A stretch of DNA of 64,000 nucleotides from a virus (Duplodnaviria; Heunggongvirae; Uroviricota; Caudoviricetes). Shown here piece by piece: positions 9,301 to 18,087 of the stretch (positions are counted from its first letter, which is position 1; every line of letters starts with the position of its first letter). The stretch spans positions 185,360 through 249,359 of the IMG/VR virus record IMGVR_UViG_3300032007_000006, one strand, 5' to 3'. The notes under the pieces are model-generated. The model had not been told where the DNA came from, searched no databases, and saw only the letters and a list, made by a program, of their open reading frames with translations. A program made the position numbers and the translations under genes.

Positions 9301-9945
9301 CTAGAAAGTAAAGCGGAAGGCAAGCTGAGTGTCAATGCCGCGAATCTCGGCCTTGGTGTGGCGCTTTTCAATGCGGCCAAGGTCAACATAGCGGGCAGAC
9401 AGGTCAATGCCGAAGTTTTCAGTAACGGGAACATAGAAGCCGCCACCAGCATTCCAAGCGAAGGTCGTGGCGCTGTGAGTGCCAGAGAACCAGTTGGCGC
9501 CAAGGCCAGCGGTGATGTAGGGCTTCACATAGGGAACAGTGTCAAAGTCATATGCGGCGTTGAAGAAGACAGTGTGGCTGTCAAAGTCAACGGAAGTGCG
9601 ATCAAGATTGATCTTGGTGTTGCCAGTGTAGAGATATTCAACTTCCAGACGGAAGGGAAGGTCATACTTCGGACGGAAATTGTAGCCTACGGAGAGACCA
9701 GTGTTCCACTGGTTGGTGTAGCCGTGACGCCAGGACTGCGTGAGTGCGCCACGCACGTCATCCTGCATCTGGAAAGTCACGCCGACTTTTGGTGCAATGT
9801 AGAAGCCCCATACGTTGGAAGCAGGTTCAGCAGAAACTGCGGCAGGCTGAGCATTCTTTTCCCAGCAGTAGTTCTCGGCCTGAGCGGCCACGGAAGTGAA
9901 AACAAGAGTGGCCACGATGGCCAGAACACTAAAAATGCGTTTCAT
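9301..9945 (-). CDS. Phage-encoded outer-membrane beta-barrel protein (OmpW/OmpX/Ail-Lom-like), 214 aa
   Basis: Signal peptide MKRIFSVLAIVATLVFTSVAAQA; alternating amphipathic beta-strands; C-terminal ...LAFRFTF with a terminal aromatic. Confidence 0.7.
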   Translation of the reverse strand: MKRIFSVLAIVATLVFTSVAAQAENYCWEKNAQPAAVSAEPASNVWGFYIAPKVGVTFQMQDDVRGALTQSWRHGYTNQWNTGLSVGYNFRPKYDLPFRLEVEYLYTGNTKINLDRTSVDFDSHTVFFNAAYDFDTVPYVKPYITAGLGANWFSGTHSATTFAWNAGGGFYVPVTENFGIDLSARYVDLGRIEKRHTKAEIRGIDTQLAFRFTF

Positions 9946-10045
9946 TATGCAAATCTCCTATAATGATATGTTGTTCATTGTCCTGCTCGGTTAAAGATAT
10001 TGCACTTCAATCAAGCAAAGGTATTTATGAGTGAAAAATCTTGTA

Positions 10046-10288
10046 CTAGGTAGGTTTCATCCTGACCTCCTTTTGCGAAGCAAGATACTGCCTTAGAGCA
10101 ACTACGGCCAGATGAATGCATTGCCGCTGGACCTCCTTTTGATTTCCTTCTTCCATTGCCTTCACAACGTCAGCAAATTCGGCGGCAATGCATTCAAGGC
10201 CTTTGAAGCGTGGATGAACTTCAATGGCCTTGGCAAGATGTTTTTTCATCTCGCCAAGAAATCCATCAACATCCTCTTGACTAGACAT
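10046..10288 (-). CDS. Small all-alpha protein (80 aa), possibly a MazG/HisE-like NTP pyrophosphohydrolase
   Basis: E..AAEFADV.KAMEE pattern; its start overlaps the stop of the upstream gene (ATGTCTAG). Confidence 0.3.
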   Translation of the reverse strand: MSSQEDVDGFLGEMKKHLAKAIEVHPRFKGLECIAAEFADVVKAMEEGNQKEVQRQCIHLAVVALRQYLASQKEVRMKPT

Positions 10289-11846
10289 TCCCAATTCCAG
10301 CACGTTCAAGAATGCAGTTATAGTTGGAAAGCGTCTTGAGCATGAACTTCATCGGATTGATGTCGCCACCAACGATGTACTGGAAGAGAGTCGGACTAAA
10401 TCCAGACACAAGAATGGTGCCATATTCATCTCTGGACACAGGAACGTTGGCCTGTCTGGAGTTGACATTCCAGAACACCAGCGTAGGACGCTCAACCTTG
10501 GTCTTCTTGAAGAGAAGGTCAATCTTGTGGAAGAGAGTCTTCTTCCTTGCATCCAGCTTCTTCTTGGCCTCTTCCCGAGTATTGGAATACCACCACTCCT
10601 CTGGATTCTCTATCTCATCAAACTCCATGTCGGAGATGATGACCAGATTCTTCGGACAGTCCTCTGGATTGGAGTCCTGTGCCAGAGAAATGTAGAGCTT
10701 GAACATCTTCTCGATGTTGGTGTTAAGACCACCATGCCTTTCCATCTTCAAGAAACGGCTGTAGAGCGAATCTTCAGGATCCAGCTTGAGACATTCTGGA
10801 TGCTGAGAGAATGTAATCACGCAGTTCTTGAAAGGTCCCTTGGCCTTCTCAGCAAAGTACATTGCAAGAGACGTGGAAACAAAGATGGGTACAGGCTTGG
10901 AAGAGTTGTTAGCCATGCTTGTGCAATAGGTGCCATACATGGAGCCAGACACGTCTGCAACCACGAGAGAGGAAGTACCATTTGTCCAGTCGGGAAGAGC
11001 CTTCCACATCTCTTCAACGACAGAATCCCTTGCATTTACATTGCATTCCTTGCGTACAAGATCGTATGGCATCAGAGTGCCAGAGTTGATCTTCTCCTTT
11101 CCCTTGGAAACATTCTCAATGAATGCCCCATACCTCTCGCCGTCATGCTTCCAGAAGGCCTGACGATACTTGAGACCAGCACCAGAGGGAAGCTTGGAGT
11201 ATTCCACTTCATCCCACTTGCCTTCGGAGATCTTCTGCTCCACAACATTGATATACTTGCGGAGAGGAACGATCAACTTGCGAGCATTCCTATCGGAGCC
11301 ACAGCAGGCTTCAGAAATGCGTCTGGCATGACGGATGGCCTCTGGATTGTGCCTGTTGTTGGCCAGAGGAAACCACTTTGCAAGCAGGGAAATGCTCTTT
11401 TCCTCTTCCATGAGATCCCAGTCTTCCTTGATCTGATTCTTGACCACCCTGCAGGCCACGTCAAACCATTCAGGCTTTGCATCGTGCATGATGGAAAAGA
11501 GGTCGGACCAGCGGCCATACTCTCCAATCTCCTTGAAGAGGGACTCAACCACTTCTTCATCATCAATCTTATTCAGAAGAAACTTGAAGCACCTCACGAA
11601 GGAAGAGCGTTCGCCCATGCCGTTTCGCACGTCACGCAGAAAAAAGAGATTCTTGACTGCAAGAGGAAGGTCCTCATTGAGAGCCTTGGCATACAGCTCC
11701 TCAATGCGCGGATCTCCTCGCATGCCACCAGCCATGGAGAAAAAGTCGAGATTTGCGTCCGTGGTTGTATTAAGACAAACTGCACCATTTTCGGTGAAGG
11801 TCTTGGTGGCCTCTTCGGCAAAGTTCTGGGCGAAGGTATTCATCAT
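10281..11846 (-). CDS. vWA-domain protein (MIDAS DVSGSM) with an N-terminal TROVE/Ro60-like region (DUF2828-like), 521 aa
   Basis: LVVADVSGSMYG matches the vWA MIDAS D-x-S-G-S motif; a 444-aa antisense ORF was rejected. Confidence 0.55.
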   Translation of the reverse strand: MMNTFAQNFAEEATKTFTENGAVCLNTTTDANLDFFSMAGGMRGDPRIEELYAKALNEDLPLAVKNLFFLRDVRNGMGERSSFVRCFKFLLNKIDDEEVVESLFKEIGEYGRWSDLFSIMHDAKPEWFDVACRVVKNQIKEDWDLMEEEKSISLLAKWFPLANNRHNPEAIRHARRISEACCGSDRNARKLIVPLRKYINVVEQKISEGKWDEVEYSKLPSGAGLKYRQAFWKHDGERYGAFIENVSKGKEKINSGTLMPYDLVRKECNVNARDSVVEEMWKALPDWTNGTSSLVVADVSGSMYGTYCTSMANNSSKPVPIFVSTSLAMYFAEKAKGPFKNCVITFSQHPECLKLDPEDSLYSRFLKMERHGGLNTNIEKMFKLYISLAQDSNPEDCPKNLVIISDMEFDEIENPEEWWYSNTREEAKKKLDARKKTLFHKIDLLFKKTKVERPTLVFWNVNSRQANVPVSRDEYGTILVSGFSPTLFQYIVGGDINPMKFMLKTLSNYNCILERAGIGNV

Positions 11847-11913
11847 GCTGTTCCTCCTTGAACGAGAATTGATAAGAGCACTTTAGCCTATTCCGAAAGG
11901 GCTGTCAACCCCG

Positions 11914-12345
11914 CTAGGCATATTTTTTGTAGGTGTCAAGAAATGGCTTTCCGAGAACGTTTTCAATCGGCTGGCATTCGCTCCAGATTTCCGTTTCGTA
12001 GGAATTAAGACTTTCTGGCTCTGAAGCAATCTTCTCGGCTGAAACAAGCCTTTTTGTGGTGCAGTGCCTAATTCCTTCGGTACTGTGAAGCCAGTATCGA
12101 ATCTTCCACTCTTCATTTTCTGAATTTCTCACAAATACAGGCTGTCCAGGCTTGAATTTAGCCTCAATGCCTCTAGTGCCAAGAAGAGCTTCATTTCCAT
12201 TGTACGGAATGCAGTATTTCCAGCTGATGCCGTTAATGCACTTGAACGGACTTGTGGGTTCATTGTCATCTTCATACCCGAAAATGGTAAGATCCCAAGT
12301 AGAATTGCTGTGGTCTCTAACGAGAACAAGATCTCCAGTCTGCAT
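11914..12345 (-). CDS. Hypothetical protein (143 aa) with a repeated L/V-VR(D/N)S.N..W motif
   Basis: Start MQTGDLVLV with a GGAGGA SD, overlapping the upstream stop (TAATG); paralogous to the next gene. Confidence 0.45.
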   Translation of the reverse strand: MQTGDLVLVRDHSNSTWDLTIFGYEDDNEPTSPFKCINGISWKYCIPYNGNEALLGTRGIEAKFKPGQPVFVRNSENEEWKIRYWLHSTEGIRHCTTKRLVSAEKIASEPESLNSYETEIWSECQPIENVLGKPFLDTYKKYA

Positions 12346-12860
12346 TATGCCATATCCTCCTTCATTGAACAGGAAAATCCAGTTGCGGCGCACGGAACAA
12401 CCCTTGAATTGTATGGATTGGGATTTTCTGGTTCTGTATAGAATTTTGGAGTCCACCAGGACCATTCGCTTTCTGGTCTGGAAATATCGGCTTCCGGAAT
12501 AAGAAAGACATGCTTTTTCTCTTCCTCACGCTCTATGAAACTTGGAGGAATTGTGCATATCTCTACGCTTCCATCATCTGTCGTACCATAGTAGAATCCA
12601 ATCTTCTTCAAGCCATCAAGATCTCTGTAGCAGCACATGTCGCCTTTCTTCCAGCCATCGGCTGGAAGCGAAGTGTCCTGAAGATTTTCATGCCACTTGA
12701 GAGAAACCCATTCATTCCACTCGTTTCCCATGCTGTCTACGCATTTAATTTGATTTACCCAGGAAGTGTCAAACGTTTTAAAGACAGTCGTCTTCCATTG
12801 TTCATTTCTGGAATCCCTCACAAGAATGACTTCATTCGTTTTAATGTCGATTGAACTCAT
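12345..12860 (-). CDS. Hypothetical protein (171 aa), paralog of the 11914-12345 product
   Basis: ILVRDSRNEQWK versus LVLVRDHSNSTW and PVFVRNSENEEWK. Confidence 0.5.
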   Translation of the reverse strand: MSSIDIKTNEVILVRDSRNEQWKTTVFKTFDTSWVNQIKCVDSMGNEWNEWVSLKWHENLQDTSLPADGWKKGDMCCYRDLDGLKKIGFYYGTTDDGSVEICTIPPSFIEREEEKKHVFLIPEADISRPESEWSWWTPKFYTEPENPNPYNSRVVPCAATGFSCSMKEDMA

Positions 12861-12916
12861 TTAAACCTCCTTCCCTCAAGACGATATGGTAGTTATGCCA
12901 TACCCAGCGGAAAATG

Positions 12917-13315
12917 TCAACCCCTCTGCTCCTCCTGCTCCTCCTGCTCCTCCTGCTCCTCGCAGAGTTTTGGCAGACTGACCTGAAGCCTATGCTCAAG
13001 CTCAAGGACACGAGCTCCCTGTGCGTCCAGACGCTCTGTAGTTGCCGTCCATCTTATTCTGTTTAGAACATTTTCCTCTTTCAGAGCATCAATCTCCTCA
13101 TCCAGTTTTAAAAATTTAGATCTCTTCTGGATGGCAGATTCTCTTAATTTTTCTTCAATATCATGAATGAAATTATTGGCGTTTGCATACAGACTTTTTG
13201 CTTCCAGTTCAGCATGATCTATGTCTTTTCGGAGAGTTTTTACGCCAGCGGCAAAAAAGACTGCGGCGGTACAGGCTCCTACAGCCGCAGATATTGAACA
13301 AAGCAGTATTTCCAT
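12917..13315 (-). CDS. Membrane-anchored coiled-coil protein (132 aa) with a C-terminal EEQ repeat
   Basis: N-terminal TM segment (LCSISAAVGACTAAVFFAAG), heptad-like region, (EEQ)x4 encoded by a ctcctgctc repeat at 12926-12960. Confidence 0.5.
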   Translation of the reverse strand: MEILLCSISAAVGACTAAVFFAAGVKTLRKDIDHAELEAKSLYANANNFIHDIEEKLRESAIQKRSKFLKLDEEIDALKEENVLNRIRWTATTERLDAQGARVLELEHRLQVSLPKLCEEQEEQEEQEEQRG

Positions 13316-13469
13316 TTCTTCTCCTACTGTTCGGAAAATATTACCTTAGTCAGTTCATTGCATGTGTTAAAGGCCAAATTCAACGGAAGACGGTATTTCC
13401 ACTCTTCAGTCCTATAGTAGGTGTATGGATCCATCATAATCTGGTATCTCACATCTCACAAGATGAAAA

Positions 13470-13499
13470 AGCCTAGCATTTTCTGCTAGGCCTGTCAAG
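13470..13499 (-). promoter_or_regulatory. Sigma70-like promoter TTGACAGG-N16-TAGGCT overlapping a hairpin
   Basis: -35 TTGACA, 17-bp spacer, -10 TAGGCT on the minus strand, upstream of the 12917-13315 gene. Confidence 0.45.
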
Positions 13500-13517
13500 C
13501 GAAAAAATATTAAAGTT

Positions 13518-14336
13518 TTATGACTTGAACTTCTTTAGTTTAGTCACTGGAAATATCTTTGTAGCATCTCTCAAAATCTTAGTCAAATCGGCACGTCTGT
13601 ACTTCACTGTGCGGCTGATGACCTTCTTCTGAGCGACCTTGCCAATGTAGGCATTGACTGCTATTGCCCATTCAAAGTCAAAAGTCTTCGAGTTGTTGAA
13701 TCCATTTGGATGATGACGCATCAACCATGCCATATGATCGCTGTCGCCAGTCAAGGCTACTTCAAAAACAATGGTTCGAGACTTGTTTACAAACAAATGG
13801 GAAACCCAGGTCTCCTTCCAGTAAGATTTCATGTTGATCACGTCAACCACAGTAGAGGCCTTTTCAATATGAGTGAATGGCTCTCCAAAAAAGTTTGTCA
13901 AATGAGAAACGCATCCAAAAAAGTCTATTTTCTTGAGACATTTCAGAATGGCCTCATAAATTGGACCACGAGTCTTGAGAATGTCCTGTCTAAATGTCTC
14001 TCTATTGGCATCTCTTGCAGCCCTTGAAGTTTTAAACGTCTGACCAGCCTGTCTATAGGCCTGTGCATTTCCACGCATGCTTCCAGTTCCTGCTGAAGCG
14101 CCAGCAACAGTCTTGACAGACTTGCCAATATATTGCTTGAGAACGTCATTCGCGGCATTAATGTCCTGCATCTTTTCAAGGCTGCCACCTCTGTCTGGAT
14201 GGTTTGTCAATGCAAGCTTCTTGTGAAGCTGACGCAGTTCAATGGCCGTTTTTGGAAACTCCGAGAGTCCAAAGATTTTCAGTGCGGTCATTGGATCCAT
14301 TATGGCTTCTTCAAGCCACTCTTTAAAGCTTTTCAT
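13518..14336 (-). CDS. J-domain (DnaJ-like, HPD) protein with an N-terminal capsid-targeting-sequence-like peptide MKSFKEWLEE (272 aa)
   Basis: LHKKLALTNHPDRGGS is a canonical J-domain helix II plus HPD; the N-terminus matches the T4 CTS consensus MKTYQEFIAE; paralog of the 14392-15213 product. Confidence 0.7.
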   Translation of the reverse strand: MKSFKEWLEEAIMDPMTALKIFGLSEFPKTAIELRQLHKKLALTNHPDRGGSLEKMQDINAANDVLKQYIGKSVKTVAGASAGTGSMRGNAQAYRQAGQTFKTSRAARDANRETFRQDILKTRGPIYEAILKCLKKIDFFGCVSHLTNFFGEPFTHIEKASTVVDVINMKSYWKETWVSHLFVNKSRTIVFEVALTGDSDHMAWLMRHHPNGFNNSKTFDFEWAIAVNAYIGKVAQKKVISRTVKYRRADLTKILRDATKIFPVTKLKKFKS

Positions 14337-14391
14337 ATTCCTACCTTTGCCTCATTCATCCACTGTCTAGAATCTTTCATATGCAATCCAA

Positions 14392-15213
14392 CTACTTCAT
14401 TGGAATTCCGTAATATGCTGTCTTTATCTTTGATGGAGAAAGCAGCTTTTTTGGATCCTTTAAAATGGAAAGGTCTACACTTTTATATTTTTTCTTTCTT
14501 AAAACAACTTTCTTGTTTGAAGCCCTGCCTTTATAGAAATCAACGGCGATTGCCCATTCAAAGTCAAAATTCTTTGAATTTTCAAATCCATTGGAAGTAT
14601 TACGCATGCGCCAGGCCATGTGATCCGTATCGCCAGTTAATTCAATGCCAAAAACTTCCATTCCAGACTTGTCTGTAAAGACATAGCGAATCCAAGGCTC
14701 CTTGGCATGATCCTTCATTTTAACAATTTCTTCAACAGTGGATATTTTTGTAAGCGTATGTTCAAATTTTATACCCAATACCTCTGAAAAGTGCTTTGCG
14801 AATACAAAAGTAGGAAGTTTTTCAAGAAAAGCCGCAATCGCTCTATATATTGGTCCATGCGTCTTGAGAATGTCCTTCTCAAATTCGTCACGATTTGCAT
14901 TGGCTCTGGCTCTTGAGGTTTTAAACGTTTCTCCAGCCTGCCTATATGTTTGAGATGCGCTGGTCCTTGTTCCACTTCTAGCAATGCTCTTGACGGACTT
15001 GCCAATCCACTGCTTCAATACGTCGTTAGCCGCATTGATGTCCTTCATCTTTTCAAGACTTCCACCACGATCAGGATGGTTTGTCAAGGCAAGCTTCTTA
15101 TGCAAGTTTCTTAATTCAGTTGCAGTCTTTGGAAATTCGGAAAGACCAAAAATTTTCAACGCTGTTTTTGGATCCATAATGGCTTCAATAAGCCAATCTT
15201 TGAATGATTTCAT
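14392..15213 (-). CDS. J-domain (HPD) protein with N-terminal CTS-like MKSFKDWLIE (273 aa), paralog
   Basis: LHKKLALTNHPDRGGS; preceded by an AGTAAATAA motif 20 nt upstream. Confidence 0.7.
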   Translation of the reverse strand: MKSFKDWLIEAIMDPKTALKIFGLSEFPKTATELRNLHKKLALTNHPDRGGSLEKMKDINAANDVLKQWIGKSVKSIARSGTRTSASQTYRQAGETFKTSRARANANRDEFEKDILKTHGPIYRAIAAFLEKLPTFVFAKHFSEVLGIKFEHTLTKISTVEEIVKMKDHAKEPWIRYVFTDKSGMEVFGIELTGDTDHMAWRMRNTSNGFENSKNFDFEWAIAVDFYKGRASNKKVVLRKKKYKSVDLSILKDPKKLLSPSKIKTAYYGIPMK

Positions 15214-15222
15214 TTTCAGCCT

Positions 15223-15798
15223 TTAGATCAAATTATTTACTTTAAAATGATGATAGAGCATTGCATGGGAATCAACAACGTCGGAAACTGGACTGGATGA
15301 ATTTTTTCTATGCAGAAGACCAGCCATGTCCATGTCATACTTCTGCCTATAGGCCTCAACCATTGCATCCTTATCTGCATTGCCTTTTCCAGCGAAAGTC
15401 TTCTTTACAGTCGTTGGAGGATACTTGTGAAACTCTATTCCTATGGAATGCATCAAAGTTTTTAACGTTCCAGTGCATTCTGCTATGTTGAAAACCAGAC
15501 CAGACGCTCCAAGGGCATAGTCCTCCATGGCAACAACCTTAACGTCCTCAAGCACCATAATGGAAATGAACCAGTCGGCCAGAACAAAATAGCGTTCTTC
15601 TGGACATTCAATATTAAACTGCGTTTGAGGAAATACATTGGGAACGTCCCATTCCTTTCTCAGCAGTTCTTCCTTCTTTGAAACGTTGTTCTGGTTGAAC
15701 CAGTATCTGCATGTCTTGTGTTCAAATGGACCATCATCGTCATCATAAATGCACAAGGCTGGACAGTTGATTGAATAGTCTATTCCTCCATACACCAT
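15223..15798 (-). CDS. RuvC-like Holliday junction resolvase (191 aa)
   Basis: GIDYS (catalytic Asp region), VAMEDYA (Glu region), KKTFAGKGNADKDAMVEA (the KQ.V.G.G.A.K.QV equivalent), DVVDSHAML (DxxD); the ATG MVYGG was chosen because the ORF-track start is a TTG. Confidence 0.55.
   Translation of the reverse strand: MVYGGIDYSINCPALCIYDDDDGPFEHKTCRYWFNQNNVSKKEELLRKEWDVPNVFPQTQFNIECPEERYFVLADWFISIMVLEDVKVVAMEDYALGASGLVFNIAECTGTLKTLMHSIGIEFHKYPPTTVKKTFAGKGNADKDAMVEAYRQKYDMDMAGLLHRKNSSSPVSDVVDSHAMLYHHFKVNNLI
15233..15241 (-). promoter_or_regulatory. AGTAAATAA late-promoter-like motif upstream of the CTS J-domain gene
   Basis: Variant of the recurring TGTAAATA motif. Confidence 0.3.
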
Positions 15799-15856
15799 AT
15801 GGCCTCCATAAAAGAAGAGGAGGAGCAATAGCTCCTCCTTCAACCTCTAGACTAAT

Positions 15857-17404
15857 TTAGTCCTTGTTCATCCATATGTCAATGACCGTCTTGACCTTTT
15901 CCCATATCCGCTTTTCGCTAATTCGCCCTTCGTATTCCATCATGTACCATTCCTCAATTCTTTTCATGATGTTCTTCACGTCAAAGTTCTTGTTCATGAA
16001 CATCATGCGGACATTGGCATCAACAATGTCCCTATACTGCTTTTCAAGAAAGGCCATTATCATGCTGGGAGTGGACGAAGCGAACCAGTTCCTTACAAAT
16101 GTCTTGGCTTCATCTTCATCTTCATCGTTTATTCCCTTTCCAATGACTTTGAAGAACTCCCTTACAAGATCATCCAGTTCTTCTACACTGTCTTTTTCGG
16201 CAGATTCACTAGTCTTTTCAGTGTTCCAGTTGATTTTCCTGCTGGTTGGAGAAAGATCGAACCCAAACACTTCAGTCTGACAAACGTCTCCATCTTCATC
16301 GAGATACTTCACGACATAGACATTGGAACCGTAGTCAAAAGCCATCACCTGAACAACGTTTCCGTTGTAGAGTTCCGCATACTCTCCAGATTCAAATTTC
16401 CTTTCAGGCTCATTTCCATCGGAAATACGCTCAAGCAGATGATCCTTCTTGATCCACCATTCAACAGGTTCATACCCATCAAAGAAGCGGATCTTGTATG
16501 GATATCCAATTTCATCATTGGAATCAACTACAATCACGCGACCAATGACATTCTCTTCATCGGAATTTTCAAAGTCATATTCCTCAAGATTGGCTTTAAT
16601 CAAGTCTCCAACGCCAATTTCAGGAGTAAATTCTTCATCCTTCCAGACGGTTCTTTCCAGAGGAGCATTGATTTCCGAAACGACCTTGTAGCGGCAGCAT
16701 CTGGCCTTCGCATTGCCATAGTCATTCGGAATGGAAACAACGTCAGCCGGATTAATCTTGACCAGAACAAGCCTGTCGCCTAGACCAGAAAAAGACTTGA
16801 CATAGGAATAGGCGCAGAAGTGAAGTCCAGAAGAGCAGGTGTTGTTGGGATCATCATCAACTTCATTGCGTGGCATTTCCACTATAGCTCCAATGGAATT
16901 GTCAAACTTGCCAGTATGCTTATCCTTGAAATTGCCAGAAACTACCTTGTAGGCCATGATATCGCCATCTTCGGCGATTGTGAATCCACCTTCCTCCTGA
17001 CATGCTTCAATGAAAGCCCAAAGCTGATTTCTAATGCGATAGGAAGGATTTTCCCTCATCTTCCGCACGAAATTCACCATTGGATCAAGAGGCAGTCCTT
17101 CATCATGCATGGACTGTATCTGCCTGCAGAGAGAGCCATATATCGGTTCCCCGTCAATGTAGATGGTGTCGCTTCCGAAGCTGATGCCAGAACCTTCAAT
17201 ATTGGCCTTTTCGCACCACTCGCGAATTTCTTCATTATTCTTCACGTTAAGGACTTCCTTCAAGTCCTTCCAAGGAGCCTTTTTCTTGATAAGTTCAAGA
17301 ATTTTTTCACGCTTTTCGGAATCAGAATCGCCAATAAGCCAGGTTCTTCCTTCTCCACACACAAACAGCATGCTGCCAGTAGACATGTAGGTATATTCTT
17401 CCAT
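15857..17404 (-). CDS. rIIB: rIIB-like protein (about 280-aa rIIB core plus an about 230-aa C-terminal extension), 515 aa
   Basis: Core GLHFCAYSYVKSF...LVKINPADVVSIPNDYGNAKARCCRYKVV resembles the conserved rIIB C-terminal block as I recall it; AAGGAGG SD before MEEYTYM. Confidence 0.45.
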   Translation of the reverse strand: MEEYTYMSTGSMLFVCGEGRTWLIGDSDSEKREKILELIKKKAPWKDLKEVLNVKNNEEIREWCEKANIEGSGISFGSDTIYIDGEPIYGSLCRQIQSMHDEGLPLDPMVNFVRKMRENPSYRIRNQLWAFIEACQEEGGFTIAEDGDIMAYKVVSGNFKDKHTGKFDNSIGAIVEMPRNEVDDDPNNTCSSGLHFCAYSYVKSFSGLGDRLVLVKINPADVVSIPNDYGNAKARCCRYKVVSEINAPLERTVWKDEEFTPEIGVGDLIKANLEEYDFENSDEENVIGRVIVVDSNDEIGYPYKIRFFDGYEPVEWWIKKDHLLERISDGNEPERKFESGEYAELYNGNVVQVMAFDYGSNVYVVKYLDEDGDVCQTEVFGFDLSPTSRKINWNTEKTSESAEKDSVEELDDLVREFFKVIGKGINDEDEDEAKTFVRNWFASSTPSMIMAFLEKQYRDIVDANVRMMFMNKNFDVKNIMKRIEEWYMMEYEGRISEKRIWEKVKTVIDIWMNKD

Positions 17405-17598
17405 TACTTGCCCGCCTCCTTTATTTTCTTGTAGAGTGCCCGCAGAATTGCTTCGTCTTCTTCCGATACGTCGTTGCACATGGCCTGCATGAAGTCAACG
17501 AGATCATCGGCAGAATCAAAATTAGCAAGATCAACAGGCCTCTGGCTTTTTGCAGGCGTTATCACAGTTCCATCAACCTGATACTTGTCTTTGTCCAT
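17404..17598 (-). CDS. Hypothetical small protein (64 aa)
   Basis: ORF only. Confidence 0.35.
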   Translation of the reverse strand: MDKDKYQVDGTVITPAKSQRPVDLANFDSADDLVDFMQAMCNDVSEEDEAILRALYKKIKEAGK

Positions 17599-17720
17599 TG
17601 CCTTCTCCTAAAAAATGTCTGGCAGGGATGGGCTGATTTGAACAGCCGAGTGACGGAGTCAAAGTCCGTTGCCTTAACCAGCTTGGCTACATCCCCACAT
17701 TCTGCATTTAATGCAGTTCC

Positions 17721-18011
17721 CTAGCCATCAAAGACGCATGCTTCAATGGTATGTACGTTGTCAATGCGAAAGGCGCGCCAGTCATCCTTTTCAAGGTCAT
17801 ACACATTCAGAACCTCATCATTGGCACGACGGCCAGAATTTTTGAGCTCGACATCCTTTTCTTCTAGAACACGACGTTCAAGAGTGCAAATCATTTCACG
17901 AATGGTGCCATCCTTCTTAGTAAAGACAACCTTTGCCGGACCATTGTGAAGAATGTCGCGGATAAAAGCCTTGTTTTGGGAACAAGTGTGGTTCTTGTGA
18001 TCAATCTTCAT
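17721..18011 (-). CDS. Hypothetical protein (96 aa)
   Basis: ORF only. Confidence 0.4.
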   Translation of the reverse strand: MKIDHKNHTCSQNKAFIRDILHNGPAKVVFTKKDGTIREMICTLERRVLEEKDVELKNSGRRANDEVLNVYDLEKDDWRAFRIDNVHTIEACVFDG

Positions 18012-18087
18012 GGAATTGCTCCTTGGTTTAATGTTGGATGCCGTTTTCTCTTGACAGGTTCATTTCTAGCATAGGACGCCAAAGGTG

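Noticed and set aside
10527-11861. 444-aa ORF on the plus strand
   Set aside because: It is antisense to the TROVE/vWA gene, whose sense strand carries an unambiguous vWA MIDAS motif. It has no SD and no recognisable motifs, so it is an antisense artefact of a long gene.
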